DNA of 62,781 nt, filler included, from Globobulimina sp. (GCA_003354225.1; 31 parts of 31 records of this genome joined end to end with filler, not necessarily neighbours in it); one strand, 5' to 3'; shown: positions 1 through 10,047, numbered from the whole stretch's first letter. Notes: generated from the sequence alone by a model not told the origin. A program made the numbers and translations.

Positions 1-136
1 ATGGGAAAGGAGATGAGTTTTGGAACGATTTAATAAAAAAGGATAATACTGAACGAAAAACACTTAATTAAATCTTACAAATTAAAAAAAACAAATCATA
101 AGAAAACAAAAATTAAAGAAAAAATGAAATCGGTGA

Positions 137-1930
137 TCAACTATAATTACTTGAGTTGCTTGATATTTTCCGAATATTTTGTGCAAGTTCATATCGATTA
201 TATGTGTTTGCTTCATTGATGAGTAATTGATAAAAATTAATTTTCGTATCTTGATTCAAACCACGAACACAATTTATTGCATTCTCAAACCAAACCTCAT
301 CAAATTTATTCTGTGACCGAATCATTTCTCGATATTTCTCCATAAATAACAATATATTCACGGTCTGCGATTCTGTGCTTTGCCGCGAGCTCTTACACCG
401 ATTATTATTATTATTCATATTCATATTATATCCATTCTTGACATTGAACTTATTATTTCCATTCATAACAATATGATTATCCTCCTTTGCCATTGTATTT
501 ACAATTTGCATCACTTTTTTCTTCTTTTTCTTCTTCTTCACAGCAACGCCATTGCTTAATTTCTGTTTCTTTGTTGCTGGCTCATTGATCAATATCGGCG
601 GCGATGACGACAATGAATTGCTATTACTGTGGCTATCATTGCTTTTCTTCCGTTTCATTGGCAATATTTGCGTCTGTCGCACATTTTTCCTTTGCCTATT
701 TTTTGCACTCTCAATGGCTTTGCGAACATCAGCTGGTTTTCTCAATATTTTCACCGTTTTTATTTTGGGTTTCGGTAATATCGGTTTCCCCATTTTATTG
801 ATATCTTTTTTTATGATATTTACTGGTTTTGTTACGACTTTCTTCTGTTTCAAGTTAAGTGGTGGCGGCGATGGTGATTTTGCTTTCATTTTTATTTTCT
901 TCTCCTTTTCATCCTCATCCGATTTGTGATTATTATTTTTGTGCTCCATAAGTCCGGAGATATGTGGCAGTGACAAAGCAACTTCTTTTTCGAACTTTGA
1001 CTGTGATTCTTTGGCTTTTTCCAACTGCACACATTTATTATTATTATTATTAATTTTATTTCTGGGCTGCACTGTCGATGGAAACGGTGATTTTTTGCGT
1101 CGTTTTTTAAAAGGATTCCCGCCCAAATTGGTAGGTTTTAGATTATGCAAAACCTGACAACTTAACCAATCCGGCGATTTTAGCAATGAATGTTTATATT
1201 CTGCCATATCTCTCCCCTTTTTCTCATCAAATTCTTCATAAAACTTGCTGCAGATTTCATTTTTCGTCCATATGGACTGTGCCGTTCGTCTCTTGATATC
1301 CAACACTTCCTCGATCGGCAACAATTGGTTTGACTTCAATTTGCTTTCAGTTTCGAGATATGACTTGGTTTTGCATTTAATATTTTTATTTCTATATTTA
1401 CTAATCTTTTCTTGTAAAAATACAAAGGATAACGATAGCGCATAATTATTATATTCCGTTTCTGTATCGAATGGATTACGAAATTCATCTTTTTTGAAGA
1501 CACGCAACTTCTCCGTATACGTGGTATAATTTCCCATATTATTATGAAGCACAACATGTTGGCCATCTCGCTCTTTTTGCGAAAATATCAATTTATAGTT
1601 ATTTTTCCACGAATTAAAGTCATTGCTGCCATACACTGACACCCGGTTCCTTATAAATGACTCATTGAAAGCACCCAGAAAATTGTTACTATTATCCAAA
1701 TCGGGCACATTTTTCGCAAACTTGGTCAATAATTTGTTCTCCGCTTCCATTTCAACCAATTTTGTATCAAAATTATCAAAAGAATCCGTACGCATATTAT
1801 TATACTGCATATTAGTTTTATTTTTAGTTTTCTTTTCATTTCCAAACACTTTCAGTCTTAAATCACGCATTAACTCAGCAATATTTCCATGCATTAATTC
1901 CAAATCTGACTTTGTCAAATTATGTTTATG
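137..1930 (-). CDS. Hypothetical eukaryotic protein, Lys/Asn-rich low complexity, probably 5' partial
   Basis: 593-aa ORF reaching the contig edge, with poly-K/poly-N tracts and NLS-like basic clusters. No domain recognised. Confidence 0.55.
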   Translation of the reverse strand, partial: HKHNLTKSDLELMHGNIAELMRDLRLKVFGNEKKTKNKTNMQYNNMRTDSFDNFDTKLVEMEAENKLLTKFAKNVPDLDNSNNFLGAFNESFIRNRVSVYGSNDFNSWKNNYKLIFSQKERDGQHVVLHNNMGNYTTYTEKLRVFKKDEFRNPFDTETEYNNYALSLSFVFLQEKISKYRNKNIKCKTKSYLETESKLKSNQLLPIEEVLDIKRRTAQSIWTKNEICSKFYEEFDEKKGRDMAEYKHSLLKSPDWLSCQVLHNLKPTNLGGNPFKKRRKKSPFPSTVQPRNKINNNNNKCVQLEKAKESQSKFEKEVALSLPHISGLMEHKNNNHKSDEDEKEKKIKMKAKSPSPPPLNLKQKKVVTKPVNIIKKDINKMGKPILPKPKIKTVKILRKPADVRKAIESAKNRQRKNVRQTQILPMKRKKSNDSHSNSNSLSSSPPILINEPATKKQKLSNGVAVKKKKKKKKVMQIVNTMAKEDNHIVMNGNNKFNVKNGYNMNMNNNNNRCKSSRQSTESQTVNILLFMEKYREMIRSQNKFDEVWFENAINCVRGLNQDTKINFYQLLINEANTYNRYELAQNIRKISSNSSNYS

Positions 1931-2030
1931 NNNNNNNNNNNNNNNNNNNNNNNNNNNNNNNNNNNNNNNNNNNNTTAATTAATTAANNNNNNNNNNNNNN
2001 NNNNNNNNNNNNNNNNNNNNNNNNNNNNNN
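1931..2030. other. Artificial contig linker (44 N + TTAATTAATTAA + 44 N); first of 30 identical linkers spaced about 2.03 kb apart
   Basis: Identical 100-nt spacer with stops in all six frames. It recurs at 3961, 5990, 8019, 10048 ... 60755, and contig lengths fall monotonically from 1930 to 1927. Confidence 0.99.
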
Positions 2031-2191
2031 TCTTTTATTGATTGAGCTAATTTAATCTCTCCACTTCCGAGCGCCTTTATCGCATCAAAATAATCTATAT
2101 TGTTTTTGTCACATGCGTTTATAAAATCATAAACCTTATCTTTATCATACCCGAAACCGATTAAAATATATATTGCATCAACTCTTGTCAT
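2031..2191 (-). CDS. Small hypothetical phage-like protein, 3' partial
   Basis: MTRVDAIYILIGFGY..., preceded by the RBS AGAGGGGGAGTGA-ATG. Confidence 0.6.
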
Positions 2192-2241
2192 TCACTCCCC
2201 CTCTTCGGCTTTATCGACATAACACTTCTTTTGTCAACGGC

Positions 2242-2397
2242 TTATAAGTTATTAGCCATTTCAATCATTTTATTAGCAATGCATATCAATTCATCCTGTG
2301 TAACTTCTAAATTGAAATGACGATCGCACTCTTCAGTTAATATAAAACCGGTATTGCTTCTGTTCTTTTTTATACTAAAAATTCTGCCAACTCTCAT
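2242..2397 (-). CDS. Small hypothetical protein (51 aa, MRVGRIFSIKKNRSNTGFILTEECDRHFNLEV...)
   Basis: Read manually (below the ORF-track cutoff). The ATG follows the upstream stop (TGA TA ATG) with a GAGGTGGAG RBS. Confidence 0.6.
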   Translation of the reverse strand: MRVGRIFSIKKNRSNTGFILTEECDRHFNLEVTQDELICIANKMIEMANNL

Positions 2398-2400
2398 TAT

Positions 2401-2637
2401 TCACTCCACCTCTTCGATTTTTTTCAGGCCACCATAAACCATTTTGAAAATCCACTTGGTAATGTCATCTTTGTCGAATACTTGGTTGCCTATTTGGATA
2501 TTTTTATTATTACCCGCATAGCCAATATATACTGAAAGGGGTGTTCTTGCTCCTGACTCTATTGTAATATTTATGTTAAATTTATTGACTTTTTTCACTC
2601 TTCTCACCTCTTTTGGACATAATGTTTGTTTTGTCAC
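2401..2637 (-). CDS. Small hypothetical phage-like protein (78 aa)
   Basis: The GTG start overlaps the upstream TGA stop (GTGA), indicating translational coupling. Confidence 0.6.
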   Translation of the reverse strand: MTKQTLCPKEVRRVKKVNKFNINITIESGARTPLSVYIGYAGNNKNIQIGNQVFDKDDITKWIFKMVYGGLKKIEEVE

Positions 2638-2909
2638 TTTAGAAATTCTTTTCTATCGATAGATTCACAATTTCTTACGCATTTTTTTGACATGTAATAT
2701 GCTAAACTACCACAAGCGTCTACCACATCGTCCCAGTCATTATATTTTGTTGTGCTTGGACCTTTCGGCACTTTTGATAGACATTCCATAAATATTTCAC
2801 GCCTTAATTTCTGGTCGACTTTCCATACCTCAAAAAGTGTCTGTTTTCCTGATTCACTACATGATGTAATTGTTAGCAGTAATGATATTATTATTATTAT
2901 AATTTTCAT
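2634..2909 (-). CDS. Putative lipoprotein (91 aa)
   Basis: ATG at 2909 after a GAGGAG RBS gives MKIIIIIISLLLTITS-C, a signal peptide with a lipobox-like Cys. Further Cys residues follow. Confidence 0.6.
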   Translation of the reverse strand: MKIIIIIISLLLTITSCSESGKQTLFEVWKVDQKLRREIFMECLSKVPKGPSTTKYNDWDDVVDACGSLAYYMSKKCVRNCESIDRKEFLK

Positions 2910-2951
2910 TTTATCTCCTCTACCATGATACATAATCATTCCTTTGTCACT

Positions 2952-3119
2952 TCATACATCTGGCAAAATCACCGGAATAATTATTAAAGAGAACCCACAA
3001 ACAAGCCATAAAATCATAAAAAGATCATGCATAAATGTTGGCTTCTCCCCATTCTCAGATTTAGAAGATTTTACCGATAGTATCATAATAAATCCAAGTA
3101 CTATACTTGCTATTTCCAC
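2952..3119 (-). CDS. Small two-TM membrane protein (55 aa, MEIASIVLGFIMILSVKSSKSENGEKPTFMHDLFMILWLVCGFSLIIIPVILPDV)
   Basis: Read manually. The GTG start is the last triplet of the 26-nt repeat, and there are two hydrophobic segments. Confidence 0.6.
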   Translation of the reverse strand: MEIASIVLGFIMILSVKSSKSENGEKPTFMHDLFMILWLVCGFSLIIIPVILPDV

Positions 3120-3158
3120 TCTCTCCCCCTTGTGCTTTTAATAAATTCATTTGTCGCA

Positions 3159-3398
3159 TTAGTTATCTCTTATTATTTTGGCCATTTCAAGTTTTACATC
3201 AGAAATTACTCTATCTTGGTTTGACTTTAATTGTTCATATCTAATAGTCATATTTTGTATATCTTTCATTAGGTGATCTTTTGTTGTAGTTTTATCTTCA
3301 AGCAGTTTAGCTAGATCATTTTTGAAATAACCGCTTAAGTATTTCATCCTATCACATATTTCAAGCCATTCATAAAATAACGATTCTAATCCTTTCAC
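3159..3398 (-). CDS. Small hypothetical coiled-coil-like protein (79 aa)
   Basis: GTG start supplied by repeat copy 3396-3421. Confidence 0.65.
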   Translation of the reverse strand: MKGLESLFYEWLEICDRMKYLSGYFKNDLAKLLEDKTTTKDHLMKDIQNMTIRYEQLKSNQDRVISDVKLEMAKIIRDN

Positions 3399-3408
3399 TC
3401 TCTCCCCC

Positions 3409-3567
3409 TTATGCTTTTAATTTGAAAAACTTTTCAAAGGGGTCTCTATATACGGTAATAAAATCACCCCTGTCAGTTTCGAAACTTACATAATTATCGT
3501 TTATTCCGACTATTTTTATATTTTTATACCCTTCATAATCCCCGGTATCAAATATGTCTATACTCAT
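3409..3567 (-). CDS. Small hypothetical protein (52 aa, MSIDIFDTGDYEGYKNIKIVGIND...)
   Basis: The likely start is the ATG at 3567, at the end of the variant repeat. Its TAA stop lies inside the next repeat copy. Confidence 0.65.
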   Translation of the reverse strand: MSIDIFDTGDYEGYKNIKIVGINDNYVSFETDRGDFITVYRDPFEKFFKLKA

Positions 3568-3586
3568 CTCTCTCCCCATTGTGCTT

Positions 3587-3733
3587 TTAATAAATTTCTT
3601 TTTTATCATGATTAAAGCATTTACCGAGCCACATATTCCAGACACTGAAATACTTTTTCCCGTCTTCTATATACACTGATCGATAAGTTAACGGCAATAA
3701 TTGTTTTAGGCACCAGATTATTCCATTTTTCAT
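3587..3733 (-). CDS. Small hypothetical protein (48 aa, MKNGIIWCLKQLLPLTYRSVYIEDGKKYFSVWNMWLGKCFNHDKKEIY)
   Basis: Read manually. It has a GGGG RBS and its stop lies inside repeat 3565-3591. The KQLLPLTYR...VW.MW.G.C pattern recalls small phage hypothetical proteins (from memory, unverified). Confidence 0.6.
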   Translation of the reverse strand: MKNGIIWCLKQLLPLTYRSVYIEDGKKYFSVWNMWLGKCFNHDKKEIY

Positions 3734-3744
3734 TTTTAACCCCA

Positions 3745-3879
3745 TTATTTTTTAATTCCGTTAGGATACTTCATACACTTCCCATATATTTTTAGCCTTT
3801 CTTTGCAGTAGCTTTCGTCCGCTCTGAAGAGATCGCATATTATACACATTATCCCAGGACACCAACAATTTTCTTTCAC
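3745..3879 (-). CDS. Small Cys-rich protein (44 aa, MKENCWCPGIMCIICDLFRADESYCKERLKIYGKCMKYPNGIKK)
   Basis: GTG start supplied by repeat 3877-3902. Six Cys, including CxC and CxxC. Confidence 0.55.
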   Translation of the reverse strand: MKENCWCPGIMCIICDLFRADESYCKERLKIYGKCMKYPNGIKK

Positions 3880-4060
3880 TCTCTCCCCCTTGTGCTTTTA
3901 ATGGTGCCGGTCTTTCCCGGCTGTCAGGTTATTAAGTTGGCCCGTTCACCGTATTACCTCNNNNNNNNNNNNNNNNNNNNNNNNNNNNNNNNNNNNNNNN
4001 NNNNTTAATTAATTAANNNNNNNNNNNNNNNNNNNNNNNNNNNNNNNNNNNNNNNNNNNN

Positions 4061-5989
4061 TGCTATTTTTCCCTCCCTCAAGAATAGATATTAAATTGCG
4101 AGTGAATTTATTAAAAGCAATAATTAGATACATAAAGCAAACGAGGAGGGATTTAATAAGAAAATATAAGAATGGCAGCTGTAAAAAAATGGGACCACGA
4201 CCCAGATATAATCCATATGATTAAGAAATATTTAATTTATTTTATTTTTATTTTTAATTTTTATCTATTATTTTTATTATAAAAAACAAAACAAAACATA
4301 ATAAATATTTACATAAATGGATAAATTAACGAATATGATGTATTGTATAATGAAAAATAAATTGATGCTTTCTCTTTATTGGGAATTGATTGGCTGTGAA
4401 TTCTATTCACGTAAAATCGTAAAACGTCCGTATTAATTAATATTTTCACTGACAATTAGTATGATTTGTAAATATTTATAATAATATGATAATAATCATT
4501 GATTTATTAATGTTTGTTGTATAACACGAGTTTTCTGCTACAATTAATCAAAAATTAAATATGTCCATCAATCAATAAACTTATTTTTTTACCCATTTTA
4601 CCAATATACCATTTTACCAAAATAATGTATTAATTTATTTTTATTAACATAGAAATTAAAACTTTACAATTAATAATATGTGTATCATTATTTTTAAAAT
4701 ATATCAAATTTATGGAGCAAGAATACCATATTTAATGCAAGATGAATGAAAATGAAATGATTTGAGATACCCATACAAAGTGCGGCTGTAATCAATAGTT
4801 TAATATTAATGCAACAATTATGTGCTATTATATGTCGACATGGTGATACGTTTGTAAAGAGGTTAAACGCAAAAGCTTTCTCAAAATTGTTGAGATATAA
4901 TAAAAATAACGCGTTATACCATAAAAAACAGAACTTAATTAAGCAAATAAAGCCATATTATAATAAAATAAATAATGAGTCGGACATTAAGAATAAATTA
5001 AAACATATCCCAATGGATAAGAAAAATGATAATATATTATGGCGATGGTATATTAGTTCGATAGAATTAGGATCAATGGATTCGAAAACGTTTATATGCG
5101 GAGACTTTGTGCATAGGTTTCCGTATAACTTTGTACCTGAAACAACTCCGAAATCAATAAAATTCATCGAATATACCAACATGTGGAAGGATGAGATGTT
5201 GAAAGACAATAATTTGTATTTCGTACCTGATGGCTCTGTATATTTTTATGATAGAAACCCGAAAAACAGAATATTCGGCACCGGAGGATGTGCGATGGTA
5301 ATTTATCACGGAAATACAATAATTGATACCATCACTTTGCCGCTGAGTGTGCGAACACATATTAATATCATGGAATTTTATGTGTTATTACTGGCATTAC
5401 GATGGATAAACGATGTAAATAATGCAAAATACGTAAAAAATGTCGAGGGTATTTCTATAATAACTGACAGCCAAAATTGCTTAAATATATTGGCGCAAAA
5501 TAACACACCAAAAGATGACGTAATAATTGCGTTATATATTGAGGCAAATACTGAAATTCAAAAGATTGCAAAATCCGAATATATTGATGATTTTATCAAA
5601 TTTTTTTGGGTCCACAGTCATTCAGAATCAACAATGAATGATATTGTTGATGAATTAGCTAAATGTGCGGCGGGAATGGTGAAGTTATTCTTTACCGAAA
5701 AAATTGAAGATAAATATGATGACGGCAACCAATTAAATGATAGTAATCAAATTAATATCAACCAAAATGAAATACGCGAAAAAGAAAAAGATTTATTTTG
5801 TGATAAAAACCAACATATTTAGGGCGGCGATCATAAGTCATGGCTTAATCCAAACAGTTTAATAACTTTAATTGCATATTCAAAAACTGCTATTTTTCCC
5901 TCCCTCAAGAATAGATATCAAATTGCGAGTGAATTTATTAAAGGCAATAATTAGATACATTTATTAAAGAAAATACAAGAACGGCAGTT
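4061..5989 (+). mobile_element. Degenerate non-LTR retrotransposon fragments (ORF2 C-terminus, AT-rich tail, RNase H region, second C-terminus copy)
   Basis: 4063-4224 reads LFFPPSRIDIKLRVNLLKAIIRYIKQTRR..., a LINE ORF2-like terminus. 4061-4133 recurs at 5888-5960, and an RNase H ORF lies between the copies. Confidence 0.75.
4809..5822 (+). pseudogene. Retrotransposon-type RNase H domain ORF (fragment)
   Basis: RNase HI motifs YFVPDGS, INIMEFYVLLLAL, IITDSQ, FWVHSH and NDIVDELAK. No RT domain is in frame and the flanking frames are broken. Confidence 0.8.
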
Positions 5990-6089
5990 NNNNNNNNNNN
6001 NNNNNNNNNNNNNNNNNNNNNNNNNNNNNNNNNTTAATTAATTAANNNNNNNNNNNNNNNNNNNNNNNNNNNNNNNNNNNNNNNNNNNN

Positions 6090-8018
6090 GTCGGGTCAGA
6101 AGTCGCATAATTCACAGCAACTATCTCCACATCAAACACATTGACTGCACCGAAACCATTACTCCAACCCAAATACGCCTCCTCTGATTTAGCTAATATA
6201 TCCTCTCCAATCCCTTCTAATGCTGCTATGTCCAAATCCGTATAATATATCTCCGCCTCCTCCAATTCACTATTGTTCGCATAGCAAAGGTTCACTGTCA
6301 CATTAAAATCATACCAGATCCCATCCAACCTATAATCATAATCTCTGATCAACACTTCGCTCTCTTCCTCGCCCGTCACTAACCTTCTTTGTGTTTTTCC
6401 TTTCTGGAACATATATTTATCAAATTCCGATAAAGTAACCACATCATCGCCTTCTCCTAACCGCCGCGAAACACTCACCGGCTGAGTCACATCGCCCATT
6501 AATGGATTACAAAACAACTGTAAATTATCGCTGGATACTCCATCGCCAACAGCTGCATTCTCCGCATATGACTGTCCAGCAAATATCATATAACATGTTC
6601 TGATCACACTTCCGTCCGTCAATGCTGTAATATCCACAACCGGCAACGCTTTGTCTTGCGTTAAACTCATAGTCTCCAACGCAAAACTTACGCCGTTACC
6701 AGCCACTTCTATCAAATTTAAGTCAAATAACTGTACAAATTGCTTTGAAGCCACATGCGTTTTACCTCCGAAAAAATATAAATAATGGTTTTCAAACAAC
6801 AACAACCGCGCATCCAGCAACCCGCTTTTACCAAGGTACCGATGTCCGGAAGTAGGCACTGAGGACGTCATACCGGTCCAGAAGCCCAATTCAGTTTCGT
6901 CTGCAGGTACTGGGAATACTCGAATATCATTAAAAAAAACCTTTTTATTGAACAACTCGTCCGCGGGATCCAGCATTCCAGAGACAACAATAAGATGTTC
7001 AGAATCATCATCTTTTCGCCAAAATAAACACATGGATCCATATCGCGCTTTATCTAATTTCCAGCCATTCAGCTCAGTCACAGGTCCGCCATTTAATAAT
7101 TCATCATCAAATTGAAAAACTTGTATATCAGCCACAGCGAGTCCAGTGGCTGAGGAATTACCACCGATTGCATATACTCTAAGATTCTGTTCATCGATGG
7201 CTATGCACGGATTTTTAATGCCATTTTCGGGCCAATCATTAGTCTGAAACTTTAACTCACCATTTTCATCGTAAACCTTATGCGGTCAGAACATTGCGTA
7301 GTTTGCAAACCCATTTTGTTGCAGTAACAGAATAATTACATACCTCCAAACTGCCAGACATTACGACGTGGTTTGCCAATGCATTTGAACCGTGTTGCCT
7401 AAAAAAGCCAGTTTCGATTTCTTCAAAATTAGCTAAACCCTCATTGCATATTGTATTCACCGCGGTTTTCATACTCGCAGATTTTGCTAATCCAGCACCT
7501 AATAAACAACTATTTGGATTTGCGTCGGCTTCAAAATCTTCATAATCAAAAAACCCATCGTCGTCTACCAGTCTTCGACGATTATCCCCATTACCAACAG
7601 ATATGTTGCTTAACTCACAATTATTGCCAGCTCCGTTATAATAGATCCCACTAAAAATAATCTCAAAACTTGTGTTTGGATTTAACAGCGCGCTCTCATT
7701 AAACAGCAACGATTTCGTTCTATTAACCACAGCCTCATTCGGAGGAATACTAATTAGCTCACTTTCGCCCAATAACTCTCCCTAAATTAGTGTATATTTT
7801 ATAATAATATACAAAATAAAGATAACAAGTTATAACTTAACATCTTCATAAATTTCAGCAAAGAAACCAATCGCATTCGAGCAACTATGCCAAATCGTCA
7901 ACGGCAACGCGGAAATTTCAAACATATATAAAATACTCTCTGGCGTTTCATACGGCACAGTAAGGGTAAATCCGTCAGGAAGCACCGTAGCAATTCCAGC
8001 CAAATCCTGGCTCACTGT
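6090..8018 (-). CDS. Large extracellular-type protein with kelch-like beta-propeller blades; spliced, partial at both ends
   Basis: Phase-0 introns at 7841-7782 (60 nt, GTTAAG..CTAAT..TAG) and 7310-7277 (34 nt, GTTTGC..CTGAC..AAG) join three ORFs in frame. Kelch-like strands VYAIGG, LIVVSG, LYFFGG and YMIFAG. Confidence 0.65.
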
Positions 8019-8579
8019 NNNNNNNNNNNNNNNNNNNNNNNNNNNNNNNNNNNNNNNNNNNNTTAATTAATTAANNNNNNNNNNNNNNNNNNNNNNNNNN
8101 NNNNNNNNNNNNNNNNNNTTCTCCCGTTAGCTCGTTTAAATAAAAAGTTATTCAAACTCTCTCATACTTGAAATATTATTTGTGTTTATAATTATAGTTT
8201 TAATTAGTTTTATTAATTTTATATATACTTTTATATCTTTTCGTTCTTTTGGCATATAAAATTAATGCTGAATACTCAAATGGTTGTTTAAACGTTACAT
8301 ATAATTGGGTTGTTTGTCTGTATAAATTATATTTTGTTATACTTGTGTGTAAACAAACAGAGTTCATTTCAAAAAGGCAACGTTTTTACGAAAAGAGCCA
8401 AATGGAGAAGAGTATGGGCTGAATATACCATTACATAAAAGTTTAGACAGCTGCGAGAAGGTTAGACAAATTCTCCATTAAATATTACAAATATGAAAAA
8501 AAAATTCTATGATTTCTTTACATAAATCATTTTCAGCAAATCAAACATTTTTTAACTCGAGCTGACAGCCAGTAATCTA

Positions 8580-9369
8580 ATGGCTCCTTTAAAAGCTTGG
8601 TTGAAGAAAGAAGATATTTACGACAACGATCTATATGACGTTTTATCATCATATGGCATCAGAGAAGCTCCTAAAGGTAACATTCACGTTGCTACGTAAC
8701 CCAACAACACCTACAAATCTACATTAATATTTCTTACCAATACAAGATTTCAAAAAAATAACCCAACGCAAATGGGATGACATATGGCGCAAATGTACAG
8801 TTGAAAAATTCAAGGAATTAAAAGACCAAACCTCACGAAACAGATTACAAAAGAAAATGAAACGGTTAGAAGCGGTTTGGAGGAAGGAATCTGGCATAAA
8901 AATGACATCGATCAAAGGTGCCAACAGGAAAAAAAAAGGAAGCCCAAATCAACCGCGCACCAAAAAGAAAACCAAAATTAAAGCAAAAACATATCATAAA
9001 TCAGCACATAAAAATAGCAAATCAAACAAGAAAAAATCCGTTGGGTCATCCCATTCAAATAGAAATAAAAAAAAACGTGGCGGTCCATCTGATTTTTCAT
9101 TAAAACAATTTTTACAAAAAAATGGATGCTATGAATTGGAATTATGTAAAGCGTTACAACGAAGAGGTATTAATTCAGAAAAAGATATTGGAAATCTGTC
9201 AGAAAATGAGTTTGATAAAATTGTGAGGAAAGTGAGAGTGGATAGATTTGCGCAGTTAAAAGATACAGCGGCTCGTAATAGATGCGATAAAATACTTGTA
9301 ACGTTTGAGAAAATCTGGAGGAAAAAAAGTGGAAATAAAAAAACAAATTTAAAGAATTATGCGCGATAA
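8580..9369 (+). CDS. Protein with two copies of an about 85-aa helical (possibly SAM-like) domain separated by a Lys-rich linker
   Basis: Exon 8580-8676, intron 8677-8746 (GTAACA..CAAG) and exon 8747-9369 give a continuous frame with a clear internal duplication. Confidence 0.75.
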
Positions 9370-9630
9370 AACTGTATATTGTTTGGTGTTTAATTTGTGA
9401 GTGTTGAGTTTAAAATGTTTTTTTACGTTGCGATTACTGTTTAGTGTGTTGAGAAATTATCCACAATCTCCTTCAAGCAACTCGGGCTCCCTTTAATTAC
9501 GCCGTAATCCGATCCGATTGTTCCTTTTATAACTTTAATTTAGTAAGTGGATACGTTAGAAAATGTAGCACTCCATACAGATATTACTAGTGTCATTCAT
9601 GCATTTTATTATTATATTTTATTGCTATTA

Positions 9631-10047
9631 TATTCTATCGGTGATAATGCAGATGGACAACAAGGTAATGGAGGAAATGAAGACCTTGCAAAAATAACAA
9701 AAATAAAAACATTTAATTGAAAAAGAAATAAAAAATATTGTTACTGGTGGCGGTTGGAATGGTGTAGCAGCATATATTTTATTTGATGATGAAACCTATG
9801 AATGTTGCGGTTATAATAAAAAGGGTGTATTAGGTGTTGGCCATTATAATAATATCAATATATGGCATCAAATAAAAGGTATGAAAATTAAAAAAAATAT
9901 TTGCAGCACCAAATGGATCAGTACATTCATTTTGTATTTCAAATGACAATAAATTATATGCTGTCTGAGAGAATTATGCGGATCAATTTGGTATAAAAAC
10001 AAATGAAGAAAATAATAAATGGACACCCATTAATACAACATTATCGA
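9631..10047 (+). pseudogene. RCC1-repeat pseudogene fragment
   Basis: YSIGDNADGQQGNG, CCGYNKKGVLGVGH and LYAV*ENYADQFG match RCC1 repeat motifs, with in-frame stops and frameshifts. Confidence 0.6.

Larger units (their letters stand above)
3117..3902 (-). repeat. Four copies of the start-associated repeat ATTAAAAGCA(C/T)AAGGGGGAGAGAGTG at 3117-3142, 3396-3421, 3565-3591 (variant) and 3877-3902
   Basis: Copies 1 and 4 are identical and copy 2 has one mismatch. Copy 3 is ATTAAAAGCACAATGGGGAGAGAGATG. Each ends exactly at a start codon. Confidence 0.92.
2031..3960 (-). mobile_element. Phage/prophage-like early-region fragment: tightly packed array of about 9 small co-oriented ORFs
   Basis: All ORFs are on the minus strand, 44-91 aa, intronless, with strong Shine-Dalgarno motifs (GGGGGAG, GAGGAG), GTG starts and overlapping or abutting stops and starts. 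No hallmark phage gene is present. Confidence 0.7.

Noticed and set aside
2205-2237. Sigma70 promoter on the minus strand (TTGACA at 2237-2232)
   Set aside because: The -35 is perfect but there is no convincing -10 at 16-18 nt spacing.
3568-3645. N-terminal extension of the 3409-3645 ORF
   Set aside because: It overlaps the 3587-3733 ORF, and the repeat-borne RBS points to the ATG at 3567.
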